Source of the DNA: an uncultured Candidatus Saccharibacteria bacterium
GTDB lineage: Bacteria; Patescibacteriota; Minisyncoccia; UBA6257; 1-14-0-10-44-23
Length of the DNA: 64,000 nucleotides
Direction: 5' to 3'
Assembly: GCA_964549935.1 (NCBI GenBank)
Contig: CAZJVT010000002.1
Location: 121,336 to 185,335 of the forward strand
Below the pieces are notes generated by a model. That model was not told the origin of the DNA, ran no database searches, and saw nothing but the letters and a program-made list of their open reading frames with translations. Positions 46,755 to 56,300 of this stretch are shown in pieces. Positions within the stretch are counted from its first letter, which is position 1, and each line of letters opens with the position of its first letter. The position numbers and the translations under genes are program-made.

Positions 46755-46797
46755 AAGCCCCTGGCCCGCGCTTTAAGGATGCAGCAAGGGCAAAACA
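46755..46797. repeat. U1 repeat module
   Basis: aagcccctggcccgcgctttaaggatgcagcaagggcaaaacac. The terminator hairpin ggggtcgt...acgacccc follows immediately. Confidence 0.5.
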
Positions 46798-46857
46798 CTA
46801 AGGGGTCGTTGACACCTCAGTGTACGACCCCCTGATTGCTCCTCCCTGACCTTGCGG

Positions 46858-47016
46858 TCAAATCTTCGCCAAACGGGCGATGATGTCCTTGTCCTCGGAT
46901 ACTTCGCCGAGGGCCTCCTCCGTTTCTTCTGCGGGCGCCATGATAGTCACCCGCAGCTCGGGGCAGAAGTACCCCGCCGAGCAGACCGGACAGACACGGT
47001 TGTCTTCGTCCATCAT
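46858..47016 (-). CDS. Small zinc-ribbon protein (52 aa), absent from the ORF track
   Basis: Ribosome-binding site GGAAGGAGGG then ATGATG; MMDEDNRVCPVCSAGYFCPELRVTIMAPAEETEEALGEVSEDKDIIARLAKI; TGA stop. A terminator and U1 module lie downstream. Confidence 0.45.
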   Translation of the reverse strand: MMDEDNRVCPVCSAGYFCPELRVTIMAPAEETEEALGEVSEDKDIIARLAKI

Positions 47017-47252
47017 CTTCCCTCCTTCCCGCCCCGCGCGCGAAGCGCGCGGGGCCGTGACTACTGATCAGTACCGCGGTTCGAACCCCGCGAACTTGCG
47101 CTGCGGATCACGCAGCACTTCGTAGATCGCCGGCGGCCCCTTGCGAGGCGGCACGATGACCGGACTTCCGGTGACCGTCTTCGGCGACGAAGCCGGCGAG
47201 ATGGGCTGCCCACCCACCGGCACTCCCTTGAGCGACACTCCGATGGTGCGCT

Positions 47253-47639
47253 TCACGAGCGCACCGTCTGAAAGGTCCGGGTCGCGGTCGTGTCGTCGTC
47301 GCATTCGCCCATTGCGCGGCACTGCTCCACCGCGGCATGGAAACGACTGAGCGCGAGCTTCCGCATCTTCTCGCGATAGGCCTTGGGCGAGACGAGCTGG
47401 TCCGGATCGACTCCGGCCACCGTCTTCTCGTCGTAGAAGACATGCTCGTCTTCCGTAGCGAACTCGACCATGCGCCCCGTGGGACGCGTGAACGGCGTCT
47501 TCCGTTCTTCGAGCACATCGTTCGGCAGATCGGCATCGCCGACCTCGCAGCAGTCGGCCCTTCCGCGGCCGACCAGCGACTCCGAGCCCGGGTCCTTCCC
47601 GCCACCCAGAGTCACTGCCAGAACCAAGAAAATGCTCAT
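47253..47639 (-). CDS. Small secreted protein (signal peptide); high-GC cassette gene
   Basis: GAGGAGG ribosome-binding site 4 nt before the ATG; MSIFLVLAVTLGGG...; promoter TTGACT-17-TATAAC at 47784-47812. Confidence 0.45.
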   Translation of the reverse strand: MSIFLVLAVTLGGGKDPGSESLVGRGRADCCEVGDADLPNDVLEERKTPFTRPTGRMVEFATEDEHVFYDEKTVAGVDPDQLVSPKAYREKMRKLALSRFHAAVEQCRAMGECDDDTTATRTFQTVRS

Positions 47640-47783
47640 CCTGCCTCCTCAATCCCTCTCTTGCCCCCTCGACCGCGTCAGCTCCCCCCGGAGCCAATCA
47701 CAAATCGAGCTTCAGGCGAGAAATCAGAGCTCGTCAAAGCACTGAATTCTCGCCTGAAAATAAAAAGGCACCTACAAAGAACT

Positions 47784-47812
47784 AGAGTGTGTTATACATC
47801 TATTGGTAGAAA
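47784..47812 (-). promoter_or_regulatory. Promoter TTGACT-17-TATAAC for the high-GC cassette. A 12-bp-stem hairpin (47716-47772) follows immediately in the leader.
   Basis: Minus-strand sense TTGACTttttctaccaatagatgTATAAC. Confidence 0.45.
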
Positions 47813-47908
47813 AAGTCAATAGCACTAGAGCCCGAGACTCACGCTAGAAACAGACGCATACCACACTTTCATTGTATGCCCGCTCGCTCAACTACGCAAT
47901 CAAACTTA

Positions 47909-48574
47909 TTAACTCCCGCGCTGCACACGCCACTCGTTAATCAACTTGTGATTGCCTTCCATCAAAACCGCTGGAACTTTTAAAGACTTTTTGCCGAGCT
48001 TAACCACCTCCGGCTTTGTATACACCGGGTAGCTGCCCTGATTTTCTTCGAGCGATTCTGTTTTGCCAAGAACTCCTGGGATCTGACGCGAGACCGCGTC
48101 GATGATAATGGCCGCACCCAGCTCTCCCCCGGTAATCACGTACTCACCGAGCGAGATCTCCTCATCGGCGACGTACTGCGCCACGCGCTCATCTACGCCT
48201 TCGTAACGGCCGCAGATAAAGATAATCTGATCGTAAAGCGCTAAACGTTTAGCGTCTTTATTGGTGAATTTTTCCCCGCGAGTGCTGAGCAGTATCACTC
48301 TCCTACGTTTCACGTTGCGCGTTTTACGTTTCACGGCCGCGACTGCGTCGGCAATCGGCTGAAAGGCCATTACCATCCCCGCCCCACCGCCATACGGCCG
48401 GTCGTCCACCTTTTTGTGCTTATCTTTTGAAAACGCACGAATGTCGTGCCCCTTTACGGCAATCAGCTTCTTTTCCTGCGCGCGCTTTAAAATCGACTCG
48501 GAAACGTACGAGTCGAGCATCTTCGGGAAAATCGTGAGAATATCAAACTTAATCATGGCATCTAGTTTTACCAC
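47909..48574 (-). CDS. trmD: tRNA (guanine37-N1)-methyltransferase TrmD
   Basis: SPOUT knot motifs RPYGGGAGMV and ICGRYEGVDERV. The loop KRKTRNVKRRR is encoded by the heptamer array at 48304-48336. Confidence 0.9.
   Translation of the reverse strand: MVKLDAMIKFDILTIFPKMLDSYVSESILKRAQEKKLIAVKGHDIRAFSKDKHKKVDDRPYGGGAGMVMAFQPIADAVAAVKRKTRNVKRRRVILLSTRGEKFTNKDAKRLALYDQIIFICGRYEGVDERVAQYVADEEISLGEYVITGGELGAAIIIDAVSRQIPGVLGKTESLEENQGSYPVYTKPEVVKLGKKSLKVPAVLMEGNHKLINEWRVQRGS
48304..48336. repeat. 7-nt-periodic ACGTTTC-type array lying in frame inside trmD
   Basis: tacgtttcacgttgcgcgttttacgtttcacgg. Confidence 0.65.
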
Positions 48575-48609
48575 GAATGCAAAAAAAATACAAAATACGC
48601 GGGAAACTA

Positions 48610-48834
48610 CTATTTTTTGTGCCTAGCTGTTATGAAAAGTAAAATGCCTATCAAAATAAGCGCTCCTGCTACTTTCAAAATCAGTATGCCTAAAAAAGCG
48701 AAAAAAAACGCGATCAACATACCCGCTGCTGCTGCAAACCCGCTAAAAAACGCAACGCATAGGGAAACTATAACCGGTAATGCTATTATACCAATTGCGA
48801 GGCCGAATGCGATTCTGGCTATACTCCTAAGCAT
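48610..48834 (-). CDS. Small hypothetical membrane protein
   Basis: Two TM helices; occupies the position where rimM usually sits. Confidence 0.35.
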   Translation of the reverse strand: MLRSIARIAFGLAIGIIALPVIVSLCVAFFSGFAAAAGMLIAFFFAFLGILILKVAGALILIGILLFITARHKK

Positions 48835-48850
48835 ATTCTTATCCTAACAC

Positions 48851-48904
48851 AAAACCCGCCCATCGCCTCGCAGAAGCTTTAGCGAAGGCGGGTGGCGGGT
48901 TTTG
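48851..48904 (-). terminator. Long imperfect hairpin terminator. Its core GAAGCTTTAGCGAAGGCGGG recurs at 43505 and, in frame, inside smc at 52400.
   Basis: aaaacccgcc catcgcctcgcagaagctttagcgaaggcgggt ggcgggtttt. Confidence 0.55.
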
Positions 48905-48939
48905 ACTGTCTGCTAGCTACTGTCTCCTGACTACTGGCC

Positions 48940-49383
48940 CTAGAACGTTAACTCGTCCGCGACCGGACCATCAAACTTCGGAGTGCTCGGCACATACGGA
49001 CCGGATGGAATCGCAGCCTCCTCCTCGTGGTGCGTCTGGGACGGCGCGTGACCGGCACCATAGGCGGTTGTCTGCGTCTGGCGCGGAGCAATCGGACGAG
49101 CAGCAGCCTCCGGACGGACGAAGGTCGAACCCTCCGGCTCCTCAATCTTAAGATTGACGCGAGCCTGGTGCTTAATACCGACGATACGCAGCAGTGAGCG
49201 AATCGCCTTTGCGGTTGCGCCCTGACGACCGACGACCTGGCCCATATCCTCTTTATGCACCTTCAAGCGAAGCAGCACGCCGAGGTCATCAATCGTGCGC
49301 TCTACCTTCACCTCCTCCGGATGATCAACGAGAGACTTTACTAAATACTCCAGAAACTCCTGATCTAAGAATTTATCTGCCAT
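48940..49383 (-). CDS. KH-domain RNA-binding protein (KhpA-like) with a C-terminal extension
   Basis: ...KVHKEDMGQVVGRQGATAKAIRSLL... (GxxG loop); lies between rpsP and trmD. Confidence 0.7.
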   Translation of the reverse strand: MADKFLDQEFLEYLVKSLVDHPEEVKVERTIDDLGVLLRLKVHKEDMGQVVGRQGATAKAIRSLLRIVGIKHQARVNLKIEEPEGSTFVRPEAAARPIAPRQTQTTAYGAGHAPSQTHHEEEAAIPSGPYVPSTPKFDGPVADELTF

Positions 49384-49539
49384 ACAATCATTTCTTTCAT
49401 TTCATTCAAACGACCTTTTAATATGTAATATTTACCTTGTCTAGTGTAACAAATCCTAAGAATCTGTAAACAAACGGGCGCCCTACTGGGCGCCCGTTTG
49501 TTTCTGTACGATTTGTGATACGCGCTTTGCGCGAAGGTA

Positions 49540-49824
49540 CTACTTCGCAGCCTTCACCTTCTTGATCTCGTGGTTTGCACGGGCTTTGCCCTCTACCACC
49601 TTGCTTCTAACGAGGAGGTTGTAGACGGTATCGCTCGCCTGCGCACCGACGCTCATCCAGTACTTCACGCGTTCAACTTTGAACTCGGCTTTCTTGGTGT
49701 GCGGGTTGTACCAGCCCAAATCCTCGAGCGAATCCCCCTTCAGCTTGCTGCGGCGTTCGCCGACAACAAGACGAAAAGCGGCCTGGTGCTTCTTTCCAAT
49801 TCTTTTTAAACGAAGTGCTAACAT
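49540..49824 (-). CDS. rpsP: 30S ribosomal protein S16
   Basis: MLALRLKRIGKKHQAAFRLVV... Confidence 0.9.
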   Translation of the reverse strand: MLALRLKRIGKKHQAAFRLVVGERRSKLKGDSLEDLGWYNPHTKKAEFKVERVKYWMSVGAQASDTVYNLLVRSKVVEGKARANHEIKKVKAAK

Positions 49825-49928
49825 AGTATTTGTTTTTTAAGTATCACTGACTCCGCTCTAGCAGCGCGGGGAGGCCCGCACAGCGAGGTCAGCAATGGGA
49901 GAAATAATACGCGAAAAGAGCCAAAGTG

Positions 49929-51053
49929 TCAACGCCGGTCCTCTAGAGACGGCGGATTATATTCGGGCAATTCTTCTTTTTTTATCTTTTCCCATTCTAA
50001 TTTGACCTTGTTGTTCAACTTAACAAACCCGAAACCTTGCGCCTTTCCCTGCTCATGCATTCGCCGTAAATTACCCGAAAAATCATGGGCATTGCCATAA
50101 ATTATCGCAATAAACTTCTTACTATCCTTAACTGCCCCTTGAAGGGCGGCATCGAGAGCAATGTCCTCGCGTTGATTTTGTAACTGAATGACAGGGGCGG
50201 TATCTGCCTCTTTCAAAACTCCCTCCTCGTCTTTTTTATACATCTCCCTAGTCATTGCCTCAGTTTTGTCTACCACCTCTTTATTTTCGGCGGCCCGCAC
50301 GCGGAATATATGTTCGGAGCGAAGTTTTTCGGCAGCTCCCCACACCCAGATGTTTTCGCCGGCTATCAGCCGATCATTCTTGAAATTTGCTCTTGCAGAA
50401 GATAGGGCTTGCAATAAGGCTTCCGGGAGACGTTCGGGTTGAGGAGTTGCTTCGTACGCAGTGAAAAAATCATTGAGACGACAAAGTAGAAAATAAGAAA
50501 ACAAAGCTTTCCCTTCATCGCGCGGAAAATCACCCTCTGCAAGCCGTTTATAATACCCGTTGGTCCACTGCATTATAGTTTGGCCAACGACGACAAATTT
50601 TTTCGCTTCCAAATCTTTGGAAAGCCGGTCAACTGCGGCATCGTCTTCGGCAAACATTTTTTCAATATCCGGAGTCACGCCTTCCACATAGACATCCTCT
50701 ACTCCATGCGTTTTCCGTAAATACAGCAAAGCCTCTTCGATAGCCTTTTGCGCTTCAATAACTGCAGCCTTGGTACGAGGAGCAGCTTCAATGTCATTGA
50801 GATTGTGCTGACCATGAAACTGGCCGATGTGAACGATGTAGCGCTGTCCTAAAGATTTCCATTCGATGTCGAATTTTTCACTGAGAACACCAAGATCGTC
50901 TGGGATTTTTTCAATTTTTTCTTCAATGGGTGGCGGGCTGTCCTGCAAAATACTGCCCCCGGCACCTAGGACAGCAATAATAAGCAATTCTCGAATCTTT
51001 TTTTTGAGATCAGGATTTTCAGAGCTGTGCTCTGATTTTTCGAAGCTCGCCAT
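49929..51053 (-). CDS. Hypothetical protein (374 aa) with an N-terminal hydrophobic segment
   Basis: No recognised motif. Confidence 0.5.
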   Translation of the reverse strand: MASFEKSEHSSENPDLKKKIRELLIIAVLGAGGSILQDSPPPIEEKIEKIPDDLGVLSEKFDIEWKSLGQRYIVHIGQFHGQHNLNDIEAAPRTKAAVIEAQKAIEEALLYLRKTHGVEDVYVEGVTPDIEKMFAEDDAAVDRLSKDLEAKKFVVVGQTIMQWTNGYYKRLAEGDFPRDEGKALFSYFLLCRLNDFFTAYEATPQPERLPEALLQALSSARANFKNDRLIAGENIWVWGAAEKLRSEHIFRVRAAENKEVVDKTEAMTREMYKKDEEGVLKEADTAPVIQLQNQREDIALDAALQGAVKDSKKFIAIIYGNAHDFSGNLRRMHEQGKAQGFGFVKLNNKVKLEWEKIKKEELPEYNPPSLEDRR

Positions 51054-51058
51054 ACAAA

Positions 51059-53257
51059 TTAAACTTTTTGTACTATCTGCTCTGCCTGCTCAATCTTAAT
51101 CGAAAGCAGCTTACTTGTTCCATCTGCAGCCATCGTAACTCCGTAGAGCACGCTGGCGGCTGACATCGTCGCGCGGTTGTGGGTAACAATTACAAACTGC
51201 GTCTTTCCGCCAAAGTTTTCGACTAAGTTGGCAAAACGCTTGGTGTTGTTTTCGTCGAGCGCCGCGTCTACCTCGTCTAAGACTAGAAATGGCGGCGGGC
51301 TGACCGCGATAAGCGCAAAGAGCACGGCGATAGAAACGAGGCTGCGCTCACCGCCGGAGAGCAGATCCAGGCCCTTGATGTTTTTACGCGGAATCGAGAG
51401 CTCGATATCCAGCCCAGCCTCCTGGGCCTGCTGCTCCTCTGAAATTTCCGGAACTGGGCTTTCCTCGCCCTCCATAGCTTTAGCGACGGATGGGTCTTTC
51501 TTCTCTAAATGCAGCTTCGCCTTACCTCCGTTGAACATTAAACGGAAGTAGTTGTTGAACTCATCGTTAACTTTATGCAGTGAGCTCGCGAACTCCTCGT
51601 GCAACTTTCTCTTTAAGTCCGCGATAAGCTGCTTTAAGTCCTTGCCGGCCTTCTCGAGGTCGGTTATCTGCTGCTCCAAAAAGGCATAACGCTCCTCCAT
51701 CTGCTTGGCCTGCTCAATCATTGCTGGGTCGATGTCGCCAATAGCAGCAAGTTCGCCGCGTAGACGCAACATTTTGCGCTCCAGCTCAGCCAAACTCGCC
51801 CCATCCGTTTCTTGCGCAGTAAAATCAGCCAAGGCTCGGCCGGACTGCTTTGCCTGATGCTCGAGCTCATTCCGGCGCATCGTAATCTTTTCTCGTTCAA
51901 ACTGCAGACGGCTCTTTTGCGTCTCGAGTCCGTTAATTTCATTTTGCTTGGCCTGCACTTTTTCAAAGGCGGCTTTAAACAGCACGTTAAACTCACGCAT
52001 CTCACCGGCCAACCGGTTTTCCATCGTGCCCAATTCTTGTAGATGCTTTTCGAGCTGCTCAAGTTCGCCGAGCAGCTTCTTTTTTACAGCACCGAGCTCC
52101 TCGTGACGCGTCTGCGCCTCACGACTCCCACCGTCTAACACGCCTTCAATCTTCTCCGAAAGCATCTTGAGCAGCTGCTTAATCGCAGCAATATCGTCAG
52201 CCGCGAGCGCCTTATTGACCGCCTCTTTCGCGTCCTTAACCACAGCCAGTAACTCCGCCTCTTTGACGGTCGCCTTGGGTCGCGAGAGTAAAAACTCAAT
52301 CTCCGCCTCTAATCTTCCGAGCTCTTTTTGAATCTGCCCGCGACGCTGCAGTAGCTCCGCTTGTTTTTGTTTGAAAGTGTCGTACTCACTCTTGGCCGGC
52401 TTGCCCGCCGAAGCTTCAGCGAAGGCGGGCTGACGCTTCTCTACTCCCGCGAGCTCCTCGCGCAAAGCGTGTAGCTCCTTAGCCTTTTCAGCGAGCTGAC
52501 CATCAAGCAGTTTTACCTGTGGCGCGATTCTTTCTTCATCAATGGCGAGCTCAAACAGCTTCGCGCCGAAGTAGGACTGCTCAAACTGCGCGAGCTCGGC
52601 CTTAACCTGATCGTGCTTTTCGAAGCGGCCTGCCTGGCGGCGCAGCAGACGCAGTGACGGCAACAGCTCCTCGACGAGTGCCTTGGCTTTATCTAAATTG
52701 ACCTGCGTGGTCTCGAGCTTGTTTTCCGCCTCGTGCCGCTTAATCTGATACTGGCGCAATCCCAAAACCTCCTCGAGCATCACGCGGCGCTCAATCGGCG
52801 AGGCTTTAATAAACAAATCAGCGTTGCCCTGGTTAATAATGGCAAAACCTTTGGTACCTAGGCGTGCTTTTGAAAAGAAATCAACGATGTCGCGCATGCG
52901 CACCTCCCCGTCGTTAATAAAGTAGGCGGAGGTGCCATCACGAGTGACGCGGCGGCGAATCGTTACCTCGGTGTAGTCTACCGGGAAAAAGTGCGTGCTG
53001 TTATCAAACGTAATTTTAACTTCAGCGAAGCTGGAGCGTGGGCGCGTCAGCGTACCGGAATACAAAAGGTTCTCGCTTTTTTCCGCACGAATGTTTTTAG
53101 CCGAGCTTTCACCGAGAATCCAACGCAACGCGTCGATGACGTTTGATTTACCGCTTCCGTTTGGCCCGACGATGGCAGTTACCCCGTCGCCAAATTCCAG
53201 CGTAGTTTTATTCGCAAAACTCTTGAATCCGAATAATTCGAGGCGCTTTAAATACAT
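51059..53257 (-). CDS. smc: SMC-family chromosome-segregation ATPase, unusually short (732 aa); no obvious hinge
   Basis: N-terminal GPNGSGKSN; C-terminal LSGGERSLVSIAVLFAL...LVLDEVDAALD; coiled-coil middle region. A GAAGCTTCAGCGAAGGCGGGC repeat is inserted in frame. Confidence 0.75.
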   Translation of the reverse strand: MYLKRLELFGFKSFANKTTLEFGDGVTAIVGPNGSGKSNVIDALRWILGESSAKNIRAEKSENLLYSGTLTRPRSSFAEVKITFDNSTHFFPVDYTEVTIRRRVTRDGTSAYFINDGEVRMRDIVDFFSKARLGTKGFAIINQGNADLFIKASPIERRVMLEEVLGLRQYQIKRHEAENKLETTQVNLDKAKALVEELLPSLRLLRRQAGRFEKHDQVKAELAQFEQSYFGAKLFELAIDEERIAPQVKLLDGQLAEKAKELHALREELAGVEKRQPAFAEASAGKPAKSEYDTFKQKQAELLQRRGQIQKELGRLEAEIEFLLSRPKATVKEAELLAVVKDAKEAVNKALAADDIAAIKQLLKMLSEKIEGVLDGGSREAQTRHEELGAVKKKLLGELEQLEKHLQELGTMENRLAGEMREFNVLFKAAFEKVQAKQNEINGLETQKSRLQFEREKITMRRNELEHQAKQSGRALADFTAQETDGASLAELERKMLRLRGELAAIGDIDPAMIEQAKQMEERYAFLEQQITDLEKAGKDLKQLIADLKRKLHEEFASSLHKVNDEFNNYFRLMFNGGKAKLHLEKKDPSVAKAMEGEESPVPEISEEQQAQEAGLDIELSIPRKNIKGLDLLSGGERSLVSIAVLFALIAVSPPPFLVLDEVDAALDENNTKRFANLVENFGGKTQFVIVTHNRATMSAASVLYGVTMAADGTSKLLSIKIEQAEQIVQKV

Positions 53258-53304
53258 TGCTTATATTGTACAGGATTGGCGTTCCGAAAACTACAGATCG
53301 CGAC

Positions 53305-53790
53305 CTAGTAGCCCTTCTGTATGAAATTTACACTCGTCGGAACATTAAAGATGCTCTCGCCACCCGTCCAAACAGCACATTCAAAACCCTGCATCCCATA
53401 CGTAGGTATGGCCTGATAATATGCCGCTGCCGTTGTACCGGATTGCGTAGAGCTTTTTGAAGCGCCGAAACTTATCTTTCCGTTGTCGGTAGCCCACGTG
53501 TATGACATATCATCGCGAACTAAATGATAATCAACAGCAACCCGAGTCGACCCCATCTTGGAAACAATCTCAGTACGCACCTTATCCGGTGCAAGGTACA
53601 TAGTTGTCCCTGTCTTGTCCACACACTTATACATCGCCCCAGTTTTTGTCTCTGCTGCAGCAAACAGCGCCTGCGTTTGCGGGTCTCCTACTGGTTCAAT
53701 TACTGCTACTTTCCCACCGGAATTACTGAAAACGTAATACCCTAATCCGAGAGCAGCCGCGATCACGATGATGATAATGAACATTTTCAT
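53305..53790 (-). CDS. Hypothetical secreted protein
   Basis: Signal peptide MKMFIIIIVIAAALGLG. Confidence 0.45.
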   Translation of the reverse strand: MKMFIIIIVIAAALGLGYYVFSNSGGKVAVIEPVGDPQTQALFAAAETKTGAMYKCVDKTGTTMYLAPDKVRTEIVSKMGSTRVAVDYHLVRDDMSYTWATDNGKISFGASKSSTQSGTTAAAYYQAIPTYGMQGFECAVWTGGESIFNVPTSVNFIQKGY

Positions 53791-53807
53791 CTTGATAGAA
53801 AGAAAAA

Positions 53808-54290
53808 TTACATTGTCGGCGAAACCGGGGGCTGTTGATTCGGGAGGGTTGGTGCCTGGCTCACAGTTGCCATACCGATGTAATACGGACGAACCTGCAT
53901 AAGCAGATAGAGCTCAATCGCTATTGAAATGAGAGCCGTTACGACATTACCCATCAACAAGCTGCCGATTGCCCCAACGGCGACGCTGTAAAACATAAAA
54001 GTCCAACCCGTCTTCGCCCGTTTAAACAAGCCCGGAACGGCCAATATATTAAGCACAATGCCGATTACAAGGAAAATCCAGTACCAACTAAAGAAACCGG
54101 ACATTGCCAGCCCTCCGTAGGTCGCAAAATACGAGCCAAACCCTAAAACAGCCAGTATCGCCGGAATGCCCAGCAAAATCCCGAGAATCGCTAAATATGG
54201 AGCGACTTTCACAAGAAACTCGCGCAGACCGGTCGGAAGCGCTGGAAGACTTGCATTAATTCCCTCGAGCCAAGTAATTAAACTGTCCAT
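53808..54290 (-). CDS. Hypothetical membrane protein
   Basis: Four TM helices. Confidence 0.45.
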   Translation of the reverse strand: MDSLITWLEGINASLPALPTGLREFLVKVAPYLAILGILLGIPAILAVLGFGSYFATYGGLAMSGFFSWYWIFLVIGIVLNILAVPGLFKRAKTGWTFMFYSVAVGAIGSLLMGNVVTALISIAIELYLLMQVRPYYIGMATVSQAPTLPNQQPPVSPTM

Positions 54291-54348
54291 AGTTTAATAA
54301 ATATTTAATATTGACTTTTATCAAGCATACCATGGAACTCTAGGCTGA

Positions 54349-54942
54349 TCATGCCCGCTGTAAATAATAGCCTATATAGAGAATATAGAAGGCTGTCCAG
54401 GCAAATGCGTAGAGAACCAGCCAGCGGTCCGGGTAACGCTGAAACGAGCTCCTAAAAATAAACTTAATGAGCGCGGCCAAAAGAACGCCGGGGGCAACGC
54501 GCACGATACGGTTAAAGACGGTCCAGAGTAAAACAGAAAGTAGCGGCAGGTGCGCACTAAACGCAGCGAAGGCGTAGACCTTGAGCGGCGGGATGATACC
54601 GTTTGGTAATAAAATATTATATGGCAACCCGTGACTTACCTGACTGACGGTTTGCGTGATTAAATTTTTATGAATACCGGGAATGTGCGCCAAAAATCCG
54701 GCTATCGGAAATGAAGTATACGTATAAATAATGTAGGAAAATGTCACGGCCGTAAGGCCGCCGAGGATTGCAAAGAGCCAGGCGCGGATGCTGCGACGCG
54801 GCTCAAAAAGTACCAGGAAATAAATGTACACGTCCGGCACGATAAAAAAGGCGATCCCTTCCGCGAAGCCCCACCAAAAACCTATCAAGGCGGCGGCGCG
54901 CTTCGACCGAACCGGCGCAAGAGTTTCGAGCATAGAACTCAT
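54349..54942 (-). CDS. Hypothetical membrane protein
   Basis: Multi-pass. Confidence 0.45.
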   Translation of the reverse strand: MSSMLETLAPVRSKRAAALIGFWWGFAEGIAFFIVPDVYIYFLVLFEPRRSIRAWLFAILGGLTAVTFSYIIYTYTSFPIAGFLAHIPGIHKNLITQTVSQVSHGLPYNILLPNGIIPPLKVYAFAAFSAHLPLLSVLLWTVFNRIVRVAPGVLLAALIKFIFRSSFQRYPDRWLVLYAFAWTAFYILYIGYYLQRA

Positions 54943-54961
54943 ATCACCAGTATAACGCGCA

Positions 54962-55588
54962 CTACGCCACTCGCCTTTTGTGACTGCGATAGATATACCA
55001 CAAAATCAGGCTACTGGTTATCGCCGCGAAGAAGCACCAAACCGAGGCAAAGGTCGCGGAGTAGAAAAGCTGCGCGATAACGGCGGCGAGTAAAACTATG
55101 GAATCGAGCAGGCGTAGGAGCGGCTTGTGGCTCATCAGCAGCGCGCCGAAAACCGCCAGCGAGTAGAGTATCCCGCCGACAAAATGAACTGGTACAATGA
55201 CACCGTAATCAATGCTCTGCCCGACGACGTGAATATTCAGCGGGTGCATAATCAGCCCGATAAGCGAAAGTAGCGATGAAACCGCGCCCATGGCGATAAA
55301 CCAGCGCAGGATTTTTCTACTCCCTCGGTCGAGGTAGTACATCGCAACCGGCACGTAGACCGGCCACAGCAGATAAGCGAAGAAAACAAACCCATACCCG
55401 GCAAGTAACGACTGTTCGCCGCGATTTATAAATAACCACTGCACTCCCTCCAGACCCTGTTGCACCGCAAATAAAAGCGAGATGAGCGCGGTTAGTTTTT
55501 GTTTCTTACTTGCGAACTTGAGCGAGCCGACACCGACCGCAGCAAGCCCGCCGCTTGCAATGAAGCTAGCTTCAGGAGAAAAACACAT
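54962..55588 (-). CDS. Hypothetical membrane protein
   Basis: Multi-pass. Confidence 0.45.
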   Translation of the reverse strand: MCFSPEASFIASGGLAAVGVGSLKFASKKQKLTALISLLFAVQQGLEGVQWLFINRGEQSLLAGYGFVFFAYLLWPVYVPVAMYYLDRGSRKILRWFIAMGAVSSLLSLIGLIMHPLNIHVVGQSIDYGVIVPVHFVGGILYSLAVFGALLMSHKPLLRLLDSIVLLAAVIAQLFYSATFASVWCFFAAITSSLILWYIYRSHKRRVA

Positions 55589-55591
55589 GGA

Positions 55592-56296
55592 CTAAATAAG
55601 CGGCTTGCGTTGCTTTTCAATAATCTCCAGCGCCTTTTTAGCAGCATCTACCTCGCCGTCCTGCTTACTCGGCCCACTGCCCTGCGCGATGAGCTGTTCA
55701 CCAAAGTAGACACCGATGCTGAAAACTTTTTTGTGATCCGGACCTTCACTGGAGAGCACGCGGTAGGTCGGAGTTATCTTCAGCGAGGCCTGCACCTTTT
55801 CCTGGAGCTGACTCTTAGCATCAACATGGAGCTCCTGACGGATGATTTCTTCTAAGTGACTCGTAACAAAAGTATTAATAAACTTACGCGCTGGGATATA
55901 CCCGCCGTCCTGGTAAATCGCACCGATGATTGATTCAAGCGCGTTGGCTAAAATAACATCACGAGCCCGACCCATATCCTTTGCTTCGCCGCGAGAAAGA
56001 AGCACGACGGCATCAATCCCCGCCTCTCGGGCAACTCCGGCAAGCATCACGTAGTTGACGAGCGCGGCGCGGACCGAGGTCATCCATCCCTCCTCCTGAT
56101 CCGGGTAACGATTAAAAAGCTCCTCGGTAATGACGAGTTCGAGTACGGCGTCGCCTAAAAACTCCAAACGCTCGTTGTGCGGGACCTTCCACTCCGGGTG
56201 CTCATTTAAATAGGAACGGTGAGTCAAAGCCTCATTGAGCAAGGCTTCATTCTTAAACTCGTATTTGATTGATGCTTGAAAGTCGTTTTTTGGCAT
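55592..56296 (-). CDS. rnc: Ribonuclease III
   Basis: ERLEFLGDAV signature plus C-terminal dsRBD. Confidence 0.9.
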   Translation of the reverse strand: MPKNDFQASIKYEFKNEALLNEALTHRSYLNEHPEWKVPHNERLEFLGDAVLELVITEELFNRYPDQEEGWMTSVRAALVNYVMLAGVAREAGIDAVVLLSRGEAKDMGRARDVILANALESIIGAIYQDGGYIPARKFINTFVTSHLEEIIRQELHVDAKSQLQEKVQASLKITPTYRVLSSEGPDHKKVFSIGVYFGEQLIAQGSGPSKQDGEVDAAKKALEIIEKQRKPLI

Positions 56297-56300
56297 AGGA

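Noticed and set aside
47031-47100. tRNA-like T-arm sequence ccgcggttcgaaccccgcg next to a perfect hairpin
   Set aside because: No acceptor-stem complementarity and an 8-nt loop, so it is a leader hairpin rather than a tRNA.
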